A program made the translations under genes and the position numbers. Under the pieces are notes generated by a model that worked only from the letters and a program-made list of their open reading frames with translations, made no database searches and was not told the DNA's origin. Below are positions 37,770 through 49,651 of a DNA stretch of 64,000 nucleotides, piece by piece. Within the stretch, counting starts at the first letter, position 1, and each line of letters begins with the position of its first letter. The DNA is taken from the NCBI GenBank assembly GCA_023920165.1, contig CP089280.1, forward strand, positions 1,054,001 through 1,118,000, in the 5' to 3' direction. This stretch comes from Curvularia clavata. Taxonomy: Eukaryota.

Positions 37770-38746
37770 TCATGATAACTCCGCTAATTCTCTGATCGTA
37801 TCTGCGATGTGCTTCATCAACTGCCTCCCTCTAGGAAAATCATGTCCGAATTCATGGTGAATCTCGTCCACCTGATGCTCTTCGCACAGCTCGACTAGAT
37901 GCTTGCCGTGATGCGGATCTACCATATCTTCGGCCATGCTTCTGATATGTAGGGTCGGGATATCAATCAACGGTGGTTGCAAATTCTTTCGCTCCCATCT
38001 GCATAGCCCATACTCGCCATCGCTGAGAAATGGGGTGCCATCTGCCATTTTTCTTCCCTCGAATCTGTTCAATAGCCCGAGTAGTTTTGCATGATCCACT
38101 TGATCCTCTTCGCTGACTCCAGGCTTGTGGCGGAGCGCGCTAGGACGAAGGAACATTTCCTGTGCTTCTTGAAAAGTTTGAGAAATGTCGAAGTGGCCGT
38201 CGCTTAACTCGACATCATCGACATGGAAAATACGCAAGGGGGAGGCGCCATTGACGAAGACCGCGAAGCGAAATAAGGGCTCAATGTATGATTCGGATTG
38301 AGCAGCGTCAATGATCAGCTCAGCGGCTAGCGCTGCTCCACCAGAGTAAGCGAAAACCCCATCAAAGGGGCCATCGCTTTTGAGAATATGGAGAAGTTCT
38401 TCGTGCGTTTGTAGGATAGATTTAGGGCTCAATGGGTTGTAATATGTGTACAAAGGGAGCTTAGAAAAGTCGGATGTGTGTAATGACCAGTTTCCTATTG
38501 TAGTGATCGAAGAATCGTCAATAACGTGCTTTCCGTCGTAACTATTAGACTTGTCTTACCTTCAGTGTGTCGGACGGTACCCTGAACAAAGACCCATTCA
38601 AAATCTTCTAGAGCTGCGCGGATAGGTGCTGTCTGCATACGAAAGATCTGAACTTATCATCAGCAGGTTGGACAGTAATAACATGGACGCTTGGTATTAC
38701 ACACCTCATTGTTTGAGCCTCTTCCGTGGAGGCAAAGTATCTTCAT
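37770..38746 (-). CDS. FSH1/DUF341 serine hydrolase (LovG-type polyketide-releasing esterase)
   Basis: MKILCLHGRGSNNEIF, GPFDGVFAYSGGAALA, IPTLHI..D, GHDFP. Two 5' introns. Confidence 0.88.
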
Positions 38747-40448
38747 AGTTACTAGCTCGCCGATGTGGAAAGGGTACTGAACTACAAGATCTCTGTTCGG
38801 TGGTAGTAAGAGGCCTTAGGTGGCGTGGGGATATTTTAGGGCTTCATCAAAATGGCTCGGACTTGATTTCTAAACGAATCTAAACAAATTATACGTGGAG
38901 AGTAATGGTTAGGCCAGTTCAGCAAGGTTGGCAGCAGAAGTGGGGTTGCAAACAAAGGGATTCATTGGTTAGTGATCTATTTTGTAACTCATCTACATAT
39001 GTTCAGACATGTAATTGAGCCACCCGTGCTCATTCTCCTTCACAAATATATCAAAGAAGGTCTATCATATATGCCGCTGCAATTCACTCTTGTATTGCTC
39101 TTATGTCAGTTCAAGATACAAAATATGACAAGACAGTCCAAAGAGAAACCATCTCTCGTGTATTCACCAAGCACTTGACCAAGATCAAGGATTTGAAATA
39201 AGCATGAGTCTATGAGAGCATACTCGGGGCAAAGATACCCAGATTCCGGCTCATTTCAAGGCGAGACGTCAGGAGATCACTTCAAGTGCGAAAGTCAAGT
39301 GCCACTCGTGTTGTTGGCCCAATCAGCCGGCAAGTTTGGGCTCCGTTTGGCAAAAATCAAGGAATGAACGCTCTACGCTAATCCTGCAACTCGGTTCGGA
39401 AAGGCCTATGAAAACATGATATTTCATTAATTTCTCCGGAGCTGTGCCCCACAAAGCTAGAGTCCAATACGTGAAGGATCTAGACCCTATTCTCCTCAGC
39501 ACTACAACGATTCATTGTAGGCATTGAGGCATAGATTTTCGTGCGAGCTAGGCGCGGTGTGTCAAGACTGGGAGTACTTCGGGTCGGCCTACCTACTTCT
39601 ACGAGAAACTGTGGGGGGTGGAGTAGTTGTCGATTTGAAACGTCGTGGCTGTAAATACATGCTATGTAGTATACAGCAGCATCTTCGTACTTGCATTAGT
39701 GCCCGGACGTTGCTCCATGCTTACAAGACTGGAAGTGGAGACCCCACTTGGGCAGTACCTAGTTTTGCTGGCCTCGCACTAGTTTCGATTCACGGGGGGA
39801 ACGGTGCAGTACCCGATGCAGCTTCCTGAATCCCGGCTTCAGGTAAGTTTGAGTGACACTAGACCACGTGAAATTTATTGACTATGCAGGACGTAGTGAG
39901 GGCCACTCTTTGAGTATTGGGTATTAACATGTGCCTCCAATCATTCGACAGTGTCGAATGATTGGTTGTTGCAAAGATATCTCAGCTTCCAGATCTCAGG
40001 CTCTACTTGCTTGTGGGAAAAAGCTTGCCAACCAGCAAGTTAAACAAGCAAACGCAGCCAAGCAATTTAAAAGCATATACCCTGGAGGCCAAGACTGTCT
40101 ACAGGTCTATGTGGTAACGCTAAATTAGCTGCCGAAGTTGAACCGTTTACACAACAACCCTTACTTGCGGAAGAACTTGACAACTGCTGATGGCGGCGAG
40201 CTCGAAGATGCTGATGCTAGTTTTTATGGAAGATGATTCACAAGCTAGACTAAAATGACGCAATGCTCCGATGTTAAACTACATGGTGTAGCTCTAAAGG
40301 TGTCTTCTCGGCGGTTTACCATGCAACGGTCCGACTATCATGCGGTCTTTCACAGGGATCACGCGAGCTCTCACCTTAAGCTCGTATGCACACTGCTGTG
40401 TATCATAGTCTCTGCCCTCTGGGTTGTGCGGGCGTGCTTTACAACGCA

Positions 40449-42233
40449 ATGACTATGTCTACTTCCAAAACTATATCCGCAATGCCACAAAACTCGAAAC
40501 TCTGGTGGCAATCTGCCATCGGCTACCAAATTTGGCCAGCATCTTTCAAAGACTCGAATAGCGACGGTGTAGGCGATATCAATGGAGTCCTCAGCAAGCT
40601 CGACTATCTCCAACTACTTGGTGTCGATCTCATCTGGTTCTCTCCAGTTTATGACTCTCCTCTCAGAGATATGGGCTATGATGTCTCGAACTATGAATCA
40701 ATTCATGCGCAATTTGGCACCCTCGCTGATATGGATAATCTTATCCGAGAGGCTAAGAAACGGGATATCAAGATCATCATGGACTTGGTCGCGAATCACA
40801 CATCTGACAAACATCACTGGTTCCTTGAGAGCTGCAAGTCACGATCAGGGCGGTATAGTGATTGGTATATCTGGCGAGATCCAAAGTACGATAGCGAGGG
40901 AAACCGGCAGCCACCAAACAACTGGCGCACTGGGTCGCGATACGGAAAGAGCACATGGAAGTATGTGGCCGAAAGAGATCAGTACTACTTCTGCTTTGGA
41001 ACTTCGTATCAGCCAAACTTGAACTGGTTCTGCGAGGAACTTAGACGTGCAGTATATGAAAGCGCGGTGAAGTTTTGGTTGGACAGGGGCGTGGATGGAT
41101 TTCGAATGGATCTGGTTGGGTTATATTGGAAGGATCCGTCCTTTCCAGATGCAAAAGAAGAGTACCCTGGAGAAAAATTACAGCCTCTTGACGGAACACG
41201 CTGCTTGAATGGCGAAGAAGTTCATTTCTGGCTAAGAGAAATGAAAGAGAGAATTGTGCACGACTTTGGGAATGAGGTGGTCTTGATTGGGGAATTGCCT
41301 ATGACAGACCGAAAGACATTTCTACGATATATTAGTCCCGACTCAAAAGAGCTAGAAATGGCTCTTGACACGGACATATTTATCACTGGTAATGATTGGA
41401 AGGATGGCCTGTACGAACTCAAGCGTCCAGAGTTACCACTACTTAAAGATGCTGTTCAGAAGACGCAAAGCCTTCTCGACGATGGAGGTTGGCCTACTGT
41501 ATTCCTCGAAAACCACGATTTCGCTCGTAGTGTCTGCCGCTTTGGACCAGGCGAAGGGGTCTATCGTGAAGCTGCCGCGAGGATGATGGCTCTCTTGGCG
41601 GCGACACTTTCTGGAACCCTATTCATCTATCAAGGCGAGGAAATAGGAATGACTAACGTCCCATCGTACTGGGCCCGAGATGATTTCCAAGATAACGCCG
41701 ATCTTGAGCATATCGAAGACATTGATGCAACCAAAGACCCTGCTGCGGTGGAAAAGTCCGTCACTGCGCTGGCGACCTGGGGTCGAGACAACGGAAGGAC
41801 GCCGGTTCAATGGTCGAACGAAATGTATGCTGGTTTCAGCGATGTAAAGCCCTGGATCAGAGTTATTGATAACTACACTGATATAAATGTTGCCGAACAA
41901 CTGGGAAAGCCTGATAGCGTGCTTTCATTCTGGATAAGGATGATGAAAGTGAGGAGAGAAATGTCGCAAGTGTTGATGCGCGGGTCTTTTCGTCTCCTTG
42001 ATAGAGACAACCTCAGTGTGTTTTCATACTTGAAGACAAGCACCGACGGAGAGACGGTGATGCTGCTGATGTTCAATTTCTCAAGCGAGGAGGTCCAGGT
42101 TCCAAACGGGATTGGGACTGATCCGATGGAACTCGTCTGCACAACGGCAGGTGCTTCGACAAACAGTAGCCTAGGAGAAGGACATTTACAGCCTTGGGAA
42201 GGTCGCATGTACCAGCTGACTGCGAAATCGTAG
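40449..42233 (+). CDS. GH13 alpha-glucosidase/oligo-1,6-glucosidase-like enzyme, intronless
   Basis: WW..YQIWPASFKDSN.DG.GD, DMGYD, DLVANH, QPNLNW; catalytic motifs GFRMD, IGE, NHD; YQGEEIGM and RDNGRTP. Confidence 0.93.
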   Translation: MTMSTSKTISAMPQNSKLWWQSAIGYQIWPASFKDSNSDGVGDINGVLSKLDYLQLLGVDLIWFSPVYDSPLRDMGYDVSNYESIHAQFGTLADMDNLIREAKKRDIKIIMDLVANHTSDKHHWFLESCKSRSGRYSDWYIWRDPKYDSEGNRQPPNNWRTGSRYGKSTWKYVAERDQYYFCFGTSYQPNLNWFCEELRRAVYESAVKFWLDRGVDGFRMDLVGLYWKDPSFPDAKEEYPGEKLQPLDGTRCLNGEEVHFWLREMKERIVHDFGNEVVLIGELPMTDRKTFLRYISPDSKELEMALDTDIFITGNDWKDGLYELKRPELPLLKDAVQKTQSLLDDGGWPTVFLENHDFARSVCRFGPGEGVYREAAARMMALLAATLSGTLFIYQGEEIGMTNVPSYWARDDFQDNADLEHIEDIDATKDPAAVEKSVTALATWGRDNGRTPVQWSNEMYAGFSDVKPWIRVIDNYTDINVAEQLGKPDSVLSFWIRMMKVRREMSQVLMRGSFRLLDRDNLSVFSYLKTSTDGETVMLLMFNFSSEEVQVPNGIGTDPMELVCTTAGASTNSSLGEGHLQPWEGRMYQLTAKS

Positions 42234-43012
42234 CCTTTAAGGGATCTCTACACACTAATTGATCTCATGGAACACAACAGCATGGCATTGAATGCGTTAT
42301 CTAGGAGTAACAAAATCGACTTGTTCCAAACTTTATTCTGATACATCTGGCACTTTTAGACAATTCTTTAGGACCATAAAGAAATCAACAACGTATCATG
42401 ATAACCACATGGACTTCCAGAGAAGCATTGAGGTGATGAACAGGGGCACGTACGGGGTATTGATATTCGACTCTTCCTGCCACCTCGGGGCCCTTTACAA
42501 TTTGAGATGCGACATGACAGTCTAAGAAAGTTATGAGCAAGCTAAGTCTAGGGCTTCAAGAAATATAATTGATATCGAGACGGTCTAAATTATGACCCAA
42601 TCCAGAGACGATTCAAACAGCTAGCACAGCCTTCACGACCGGGGCTCTTGCACATTACGTAGACAATTCCAATTAGCTAAACGATACACAGGTTAGCTTA
42701 CTTATGTAGGGTTGCGGAGTTTTCGGTCAATTACCCCAGTGATCGATGGTAGCCGTAAGTCGGCCCGAGGAGTACGGCGGAGCTCGTAACAGTGTTATCC
42801 GACAAGGAGCAGAACCCATGCACGACATTTAGCGCATGCGTGTCAGCTGCTTGAACCAGGCTTGCGACATTTATGCATGAAATATTTCTTTGCTTTCTAG
42901 GGTCTCTAGTACATCCGGTTCGGCGGTGATGAAAGAAGGATTAGTCCTTGAAATAGACGTCGTACAAATCACATTCCAATAACAGATTTGCAAGCCCCAT
43001 TGTATCAATGCA

Positions 43013-43905
43013 ATGGAGCAAAGCTCACTTGCAGGAAAAGTGAGTATGCAACTGCCTACTGCGTACTCAGTCGCGGGATGATGTAGCTAACAATCTCGCT
43101 CCTCAAGGTTGCCATAGTTACTGGAGCTTGTTCAGGTATTGGGCTGGGAACTTTGAAGCTACTTTTATCACACAGAGTGAAAGTCGCCTCATTCGATATC
43201 ACGAAGGTATCACCATGCGAGCATATCGATGCTATCCACGTGGAATGTGATGTTTCTCAACGAGAGCAAGTGGAAAAATCTGTGGCCGCTGTTTATGACA
43301 AATGGAAAAGAATTGACATTCTCATCAATTGTGCTGGAGTGCTTGATCATTTTGGTGAGTCCCCATCCTCACTCTTAGGCTCCTAAAGCCCATGAGATCT
43401 TCTGTTCCTTACAAATGACATTTGCAATATTCTAGCGCCAGTAGCTACCACTAGCGACGACGACTGGCAACGCTGTTTCGCTGTCAACGTGGATGGGCCA
43501 ATGTATCTCATGCGCGCTTGCATACCTCATTTTCTATCACAAGATACCGGTGGGCGCATCGTCAATATCTGCTCAACCGCTTCGATTAGAGGAGCTGCTT
43601 GTGGCGCGGCCTATACAGCTTCTAAGCACGCTCTTCTCGGTTTGTCGCGGTCCACTGCGTGGATGTATGCTAAAAAGGGTGTACAATGCAATGCTATTCT
43701 ACTTGGGCCGACGGGTGACACCAATATCACCAAGATTGAGGGTGAATGGGACAATGTCGGGTTTGAGCGATGTCAACCATATGGAAATTGTTTGCCCGAA
43801 GTTTTAAAGACTGAGCAAGTTTTACCCACCTTGCTCTATCTATGTACCGCTCCCGGGTTGAATGGAGCTGAACTAGCTTTAGACTATGGATTATCTACAG
43901 CATGA
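43013..43905 (+). CDS. Classical short-chain dehydrogenase/reductase
   Basis: TGACSGIG, INCAG, YTASK. Introns 43040-43107 and 43355-43435. Confidence 0.9.
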
Positions 43906-43987
43906 ATGCCAAAACTGTTTCCGTTATGTGCCATAGAAACATGAGTAGATGTCCATGAGAAACACCGAGTCCATTCCAAACTCAGGC

Positions 43988-45180
43988 CTACCGGAACACC
44001 AGCATCTCTCTTTCCCACAAAGCTCCTGTGGCAACACCTATTGGTCCACCAAGTATCAAATACCACAGCAGCTTCAAGCAAAATGACCCTAGTACTTCTG
44101 GTGATTCAACGCCGCTGCGAGCTTGAAAGTACAGAGCAATTGCCCAAATTGCAGTGCTGAGACCTCCGATTATGCCGTCCCACTGCAACAGCCATTTTCC
44201 TCCTTCAAACGCATCTCTGCATTTTATTCCACTCCATGGAGAAGGTGGAACAAATAGGCTTACTAATCGAAGTTTGTGATAGTGAGGCGCAGGAGTCTTG
44301 CGGATCTTCTGTAATGCGCGAACGCCAAAGGAGAGAAAGATAGGGATCCAAACCGAGGCTACAGCCGTGATAAAGGCAAAAGCATAGACTGGTCTGAGGT
44401 TGGACAAAAAGGGCTCGGAATATGCATCCTCTGGTGTAGACACTGTTCCACTGTGACCCCACCAAGTGACCAGTAGGAAATGAAGTAAACTTATGTAAAG
44501 GTTCCACTGCTGATACAACGACGCAACAATGTGTTTTGTGTTGAATCTAGACACACATATTCCGGGCATCGCCATGATGAATAAAGGCAAGACGTTGCCC
44601 AGTAAGAAGCTCCAAGGAATTGCCCGGAGGTGGCTTGTTTCAACCATAAGACTTTCTCGTGTGGTTGCGGGAGCTGCAACCGCCAATCTAATTGCCAGAT
44701 AAAGCGAGGTGAAGACAGCGTGTGACTGGTTGTAGATGAAGATCCCTGGGATGGTAATCCTATAAGCATAAGCCCAGATGATCAGCAGTGCCCAGTAACA
44801 ATATCGATGAAGAACTTGTTATTTGCTTACCAAGACATCAATCGGCTTCGACTATATTCTCTCAAGCTTTCCAGCACGATCAAGATCCATGATGAACACC
44901 ACGACACTGCAAACCAGAAGCCCACAATATTTACATCTGGCTGTGCGAGATTTTCACAAAAGATCAGTTGAAAAGAAGCGACCGCATTGATTTGAAGATC
45001 AGCAACTGGGATACGCCCCTCAGAGATTAGAGTGCGAAGGGGTTTTCCTGCCGGCGTAGATCTGGTGCTAATTTGACTTTCGAGGCGCCCTACAAGCCCG
45101 TTCGAAGCCGCGAAGAGGTGTAAAGATTTGAAGCCGAATAGAGAGAGTAGAGCGCATAATATGGCAGCAACGATTTGCAT
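43988..45180 (-). CDS. Multi-TM membrane protein resembling the CtvD/AurD/AscI epoxide hydrolase/cyclase family
   Basis: Intron 44760-44830 joins RLMSW|ITIPG. Many hydrophobic helices. WILIVLES, IPWSFLLGNVLP, LLQWD and C-terminal GP....LWERE resemble the family as I recall it. Confidence 0.6.
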
Positions 45181-46876
45181 GACTAATATGGGCAATGAAC
45201 TGCTGATTATAAGGAAATGTGAAAATTCATGTGGTTTATATTTTTGGGGTCAAGAAGGCTTTTTGCTCGGGACATACACCCCCGACTGCACAGTAAACAT
45301 GCGTATCACATGTGCAGACTATCGGCTCCACTACAGGCAGATGATGCAGGGATATGGCCAAGTAAAGTAGTGCGGACAAGAGGTGGAGAATAAGTACCGG
45401 ATCACAATGTAAAAACGCCCGATTGGTGGCATTAGCTCGGCTAAGAACCTCTCGGTCAAACTCTTCTCAGCTTCATGTTTTTTGAATACCCTTTTACCAG
45501 ATCTTATCACGTCTAGACTTTTGCTAAATCAAGAAGCTTACTGTCTCCAAAAAAGCTCCAAGTCGTAATGCCGCTGAGGAAAGATCATATCCTTGTACAC
45601 AAAATGCGTCAAACATGCTAAGTGTGAATGCATAGGAAGATTCCTGTTACGAAGAATGCATTTGCTGCATAAAGAAAATCAAAGAAGGATTACTTATGAG
45701 TAAGAGGTCAATTGAACTCACCGGGATAGGTACCCACTCCCTACATAGCGTACTCAATGCACAAACCTGTACGAAAACCTATGATTTCTAATTTTTGAGC
45801 CAAAAAAGCTAGCTGTTGTTATAGAAATTAAGTGGTGGGGAAATTTTTACGGCTATATCTTCCACCATGAATAGTTCGACCAAGGTTGCAAGCCTGATAA
45901 TCCAAGATAGCGGCTCATTCATGAATTAGAGAGTTTTCCCTGGGCTTTTTCCAACACTTCCAAGCATCACGTTTCTCGTTTGTTGCATCCTTTCCTGTAA
46001 ATCATGTCGACGTCGTCTTTCTCTCGGCTCCTGTTTCTGTTCAATCCCATGAGGGGATTTTCGAACAGCAATCCTTCTCCTTTCTCACAAGCTCACTTAC
46101 AACAATTCGTGGAACTGATTAGCAGCATCTGGATGGTTGGTATACTATCCTTGCACGGTAGCCGTATTCCGTACCTGGATCTTCCTAGTCCAACAGATGT
46201 CTGTTCATCTTACCATGCGTTGTTGTGATCAGCATAGGTGGGAACAGGTTTGTGTAGCAAAAGGGGCCTGATACATATAAATTAATTGATGAAAAGTATC
46301 TAACACATTGTATTGTTGGAATAAGACGCACAATAGGTCCTCGAAAGTCCCATTCACCATCAAATGTGAAGTATTGGACTGCACGCATGTTTCATGTCAG
46401 ATTATTAGTTTCTAAATCAGCGATGTAAAGTACTGGATTTGTGACAATATAGCTGATATATCATATTCATAAGAGTGTTAACTTCAATAGAGACGATTGA
46501 ATCATGGAGAGAATGTCCAAATGGGCTGAAAGATCCATTGCCGTTCGAGATCACGTGATGCCATATGCAGATAATGGCGGCAAATCAATGAACAGAAGGA
46601 CACGCAGTTGCTTTACAAGATGAGGATTCAGCTCACTATCAGCCTCCAGTTCCGCCGTGTTCGATCTCGTCGTCGCCTGTTTCACCTTTTTGTTCAAGGA
46701 AATACAAGAATAGTGAAGGCGACAGAGTAGCGCCAAGGCGGTCGGGGAAAGTGGCGCCGCTAAGCCCGAGATTCTTCTAGCTCTTGCGACGCGCTCACCA
46801 CCCGCGCGCAACTCCCAACTTTATACCTAGATCTAGGTATCCACCAGACCACTTTCAAGACAACCGACGCGCCACG

Positions 46877-47596
46877 ATGCCCAAGTTCTTCTGCGACTAC
46901 TGCGATGTCTATCTCACACACGATAGTATGAGCGTGCGGAAGGCGCACAACAACGGCCGCAACCACCTCCGCAATGTTCAAGCCTACTACGAGCAGATCT
47001 CGAGCGATCAGACACAGCAAGTCATCAACAGTATCACTGATGCATACAATACAGAAGGACAGGCAAATCCGCTGTTCCAACAGAACCTGAATGGAGGATT
47101 CCCTGGAGGTCCAATGAGTGGAATGCCTGGCATGCCGCCAATGGGTATGCCTGGTTTCCCACCACCAGGTAAGTTCCAGGCGACTTCGCGCATTAGGAAT
47201 GGATGTTAACACAAGCTAGGTTTGCCGCCTATGGGCGGGATTCCCCCACCGTTCATGGGTCGCGGAGGTCGTAAGTCAACATAAAATGAACAAGTAGAGC
47301 CTTGTACTAACTTTCCAACAGCGCCCATGCCACCAAACGGAATGCCGCCTTTCCCTCCGCCAAATGGTATGCCCCCAGGTCCTGGTGGTGTTCCACCGAA
47401 CATGCCACCATTCCCACCGCCACACATGGCTGGCGGCCCACCACCTCAAGGGATGCCGCCATTCCCCTTTCCGCCACCGGGTAACGCTGGCTCTCCTCCT
47501 GGAGGTATGCCATTCCCACCCCCAGGTGGCATGCCACCTGGAGGGCCACCCGGAGGTCCGCCTGGTAGATATCCTCCTGGACCGCCCGGACGTTAG
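46877..47596 (+). CDS. YHC1: U1 snRNP protein C
   Basis: [30 protein letters not shown] zinc finger and Pro/Gly/Met-rich tail. Introns 47169-47219 and 47271-47321. Confidence 0.95.
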
Positions 47597-47965
47597 GTGC
47601 GACCCGATGCGCAAACGGAACTTGGATTTCGCCTTTATCATAGCCAACATGGACATGCATTCGGTAGTGTAGGAGTGAAGAGGAAAAGAGCAGAAGATAT
47701 ACCCAATATGGCTAAAGGGGGTTGGGAAGTGAGAGTGCCTCACTTCGCTGCTACAGGCGCAAACGCCGTGCTCCCTGTAAGGACAAATATGAATCCGCAC
47801 TGAACACGCCATGCTTGAAGCAGATACAGACAGCCGTGGAGTCTGAGGCACGTATGTGCCATTCATAGCCTGCCACGCTGCCTCAAGCTCACAGTCGATA
47901 TAGTCGTACTTATTCCACACTAATGTAGATGTAAAAAAGGCACCAAAGTCGTCTTACAAGCGACA

Positions 47966-48925
47966 TTACTGAGCAGTGTTTTCATGTCCAAATAGCTTGC
48001 TCGTGTAAGTTTCAACATCCATCATGGACATACCCAGCTGGTGATTTACTGTCTTCTCTTTGCTCCACCTCACGCCATCTCTTGCAAACACCAGTCTATA
48101 CTTCTTGATATCGTTCGTCGGGTCGGCCTTGAGCTCGCTCCCTAGATACTCAATGGACCATGTCTCTTTCTCAACCCTTTTCCCAGTGACTCTTCTGACA
48201 CTCTCAGCCAGCTGACCATAGCTTACTGTGTCCCCAGCAGTGTACAACACACGACGTTTCGCCTCCACGTCTCCATTGACGATTCTCGCCAACACTCGCC
48301 CGATGTCATCCACATCTGTCACAGTAACACCATGATCCCAATCTCGCAAACATCTTACCACAACTTCACCGTCCGACTCTTTCCTTCTGTCTACAATGCC
48401 CCAGAATGACTCAAAGAGAAAAGACATGAATATGCCGGTGGAAACAATTGTCCATACGACATTGCTCTTCTCACCATACTCCCGCAAAAGGTTGCGAACA
48501 TCCTTCTGTGCACCGAACAATGGCATCAAACCATGGCCGTCGCCAATGACATCGTAATCAACCCCCCACTGCCAAGGGAAATACCACAATTCCCTCCCTT
48601 CCTTCACCTTCTTGATACGCCCAGCTTCAAGAACTTCGTGTGCTAGCTTCAGAACGGTGGTGGGTGCAGCACCGAAACCGGTCGCGCTGACGACGATGTC
48701 AAATGTTGAAAAGGTTTCAGAGAGGCTTGCAGAAGGAGAGGACAAATCGACGGAGAGGATGGAGAGCGAGGGGTAAGATGTAGTCAGGTGGGTATATTTG
48801 GATGGGGATCGGATGCCGAGAGTGATGTGTATGGACTCGAGGAGAGATAGGTGCTTGAGAAATGCTGTCCCTAGTTCTCCAGCCCCTAGAAGTAGGAGCT
48901 TTGTTTTTGGTGCGTTCGACGACAT
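47966..48925 (-). CDS. NmrA/isoflavone-reductase-like NAD(P)-binding protein
   Basis: LLLGAGELG, YFPWQWGVDYD, WTIVSTGIFMSF, TVTDVDDIG. Confidence 0.88.
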   Translation of the reverse strand: MSSNAPKTKLLLLGAGELGTAFLKHLSLLESIHITLGIRSPSKYTHLTTSYPSLSILSVDLSSPSASLSETFSTFDIVVSATGFGAAPTTVLKLAHEVLEAGRIKKVKEGRELWYFPWQWGVDYDVIGDGHGLMPLFGAQKDVRNLLREYGEKSNVVWTIVSTGIFMSFLFESFWGIVDRRKESDGEVVVRCLRDWDHGVTVTDVDDIGRVLARIVNGDVEAKRRVLYTAGDTVSYGQLAESVRRVTGKRVEKETWSIEYLGSELKADPTNDIKKYRLVFARDGVRWSKEKTVNHQLGMSMMDVETYTSKLFGHENTAQ

Positions 48926-49651
48926 GATGGTAGAAAGGACTTTCTGCTGATGGAATTTACCACGGGTATAGCATAATGAAGGATTTGTCTTATCGATCTT
49001 ATATACACTGAGATACAGGCACCAAACATACTCAGCATGTATTAGTAAAGACTATGCTCTGCTTCTGCACGTCACTGGTTTAGTGCTTCGAGCTGCGGAG
49101 GGGGAATGCGGAGATAAGAACGGATAACTCGGAGTTAGTGCACTTGGCTTGCACAAGGTCGTGATATGTTGGCTAAGGAAAAGGAGAAGACCACAGAAGT
49201 CTTAGACACGGTGGAGGAAGAAGCAACTCATAGCAAGGGAATGAGCTGCCGAGATTAGTCTGATGGCGACGGCTTGTCGCAACAACTCTTAGCCAAGTAT
49301 ATCGATTGGACTCAAAATTGATTTAAGTAACTGTGGGTATGGCTATCTACCATTCAGCGAGGCATTAGATTCAGCGGCTGTCGCAAATTTACACATAAAC
49401 TGCATCCAACATCCCTCGCAATGCTGAATGCACCCCCAGGTAAAAATCACATGGCGTTTCGCTGGCCCGTCATGGTTGATCCCAGGGCAAGGCTGAGCAT
49501 TTTGCGCTAGTCTGAATCCGGCCTTAGCGCCTTCGTCTATTTCGCAATTTCGACGTCCCGTTGTGCGCTCCTCGCTGAACAACTTCAGGACTGTCCATCA
49601 ACACCCGAGTGCGCCCACGTCCATCCTCAGCAGAAGCCACTCATCACAATC

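Noticed and set aside
47966..48925. NmrA-like gene as part of the PKS cluster
   Set aside because: Separated from the cluster by the housekeeping U1-C gene; no supporting evidence.
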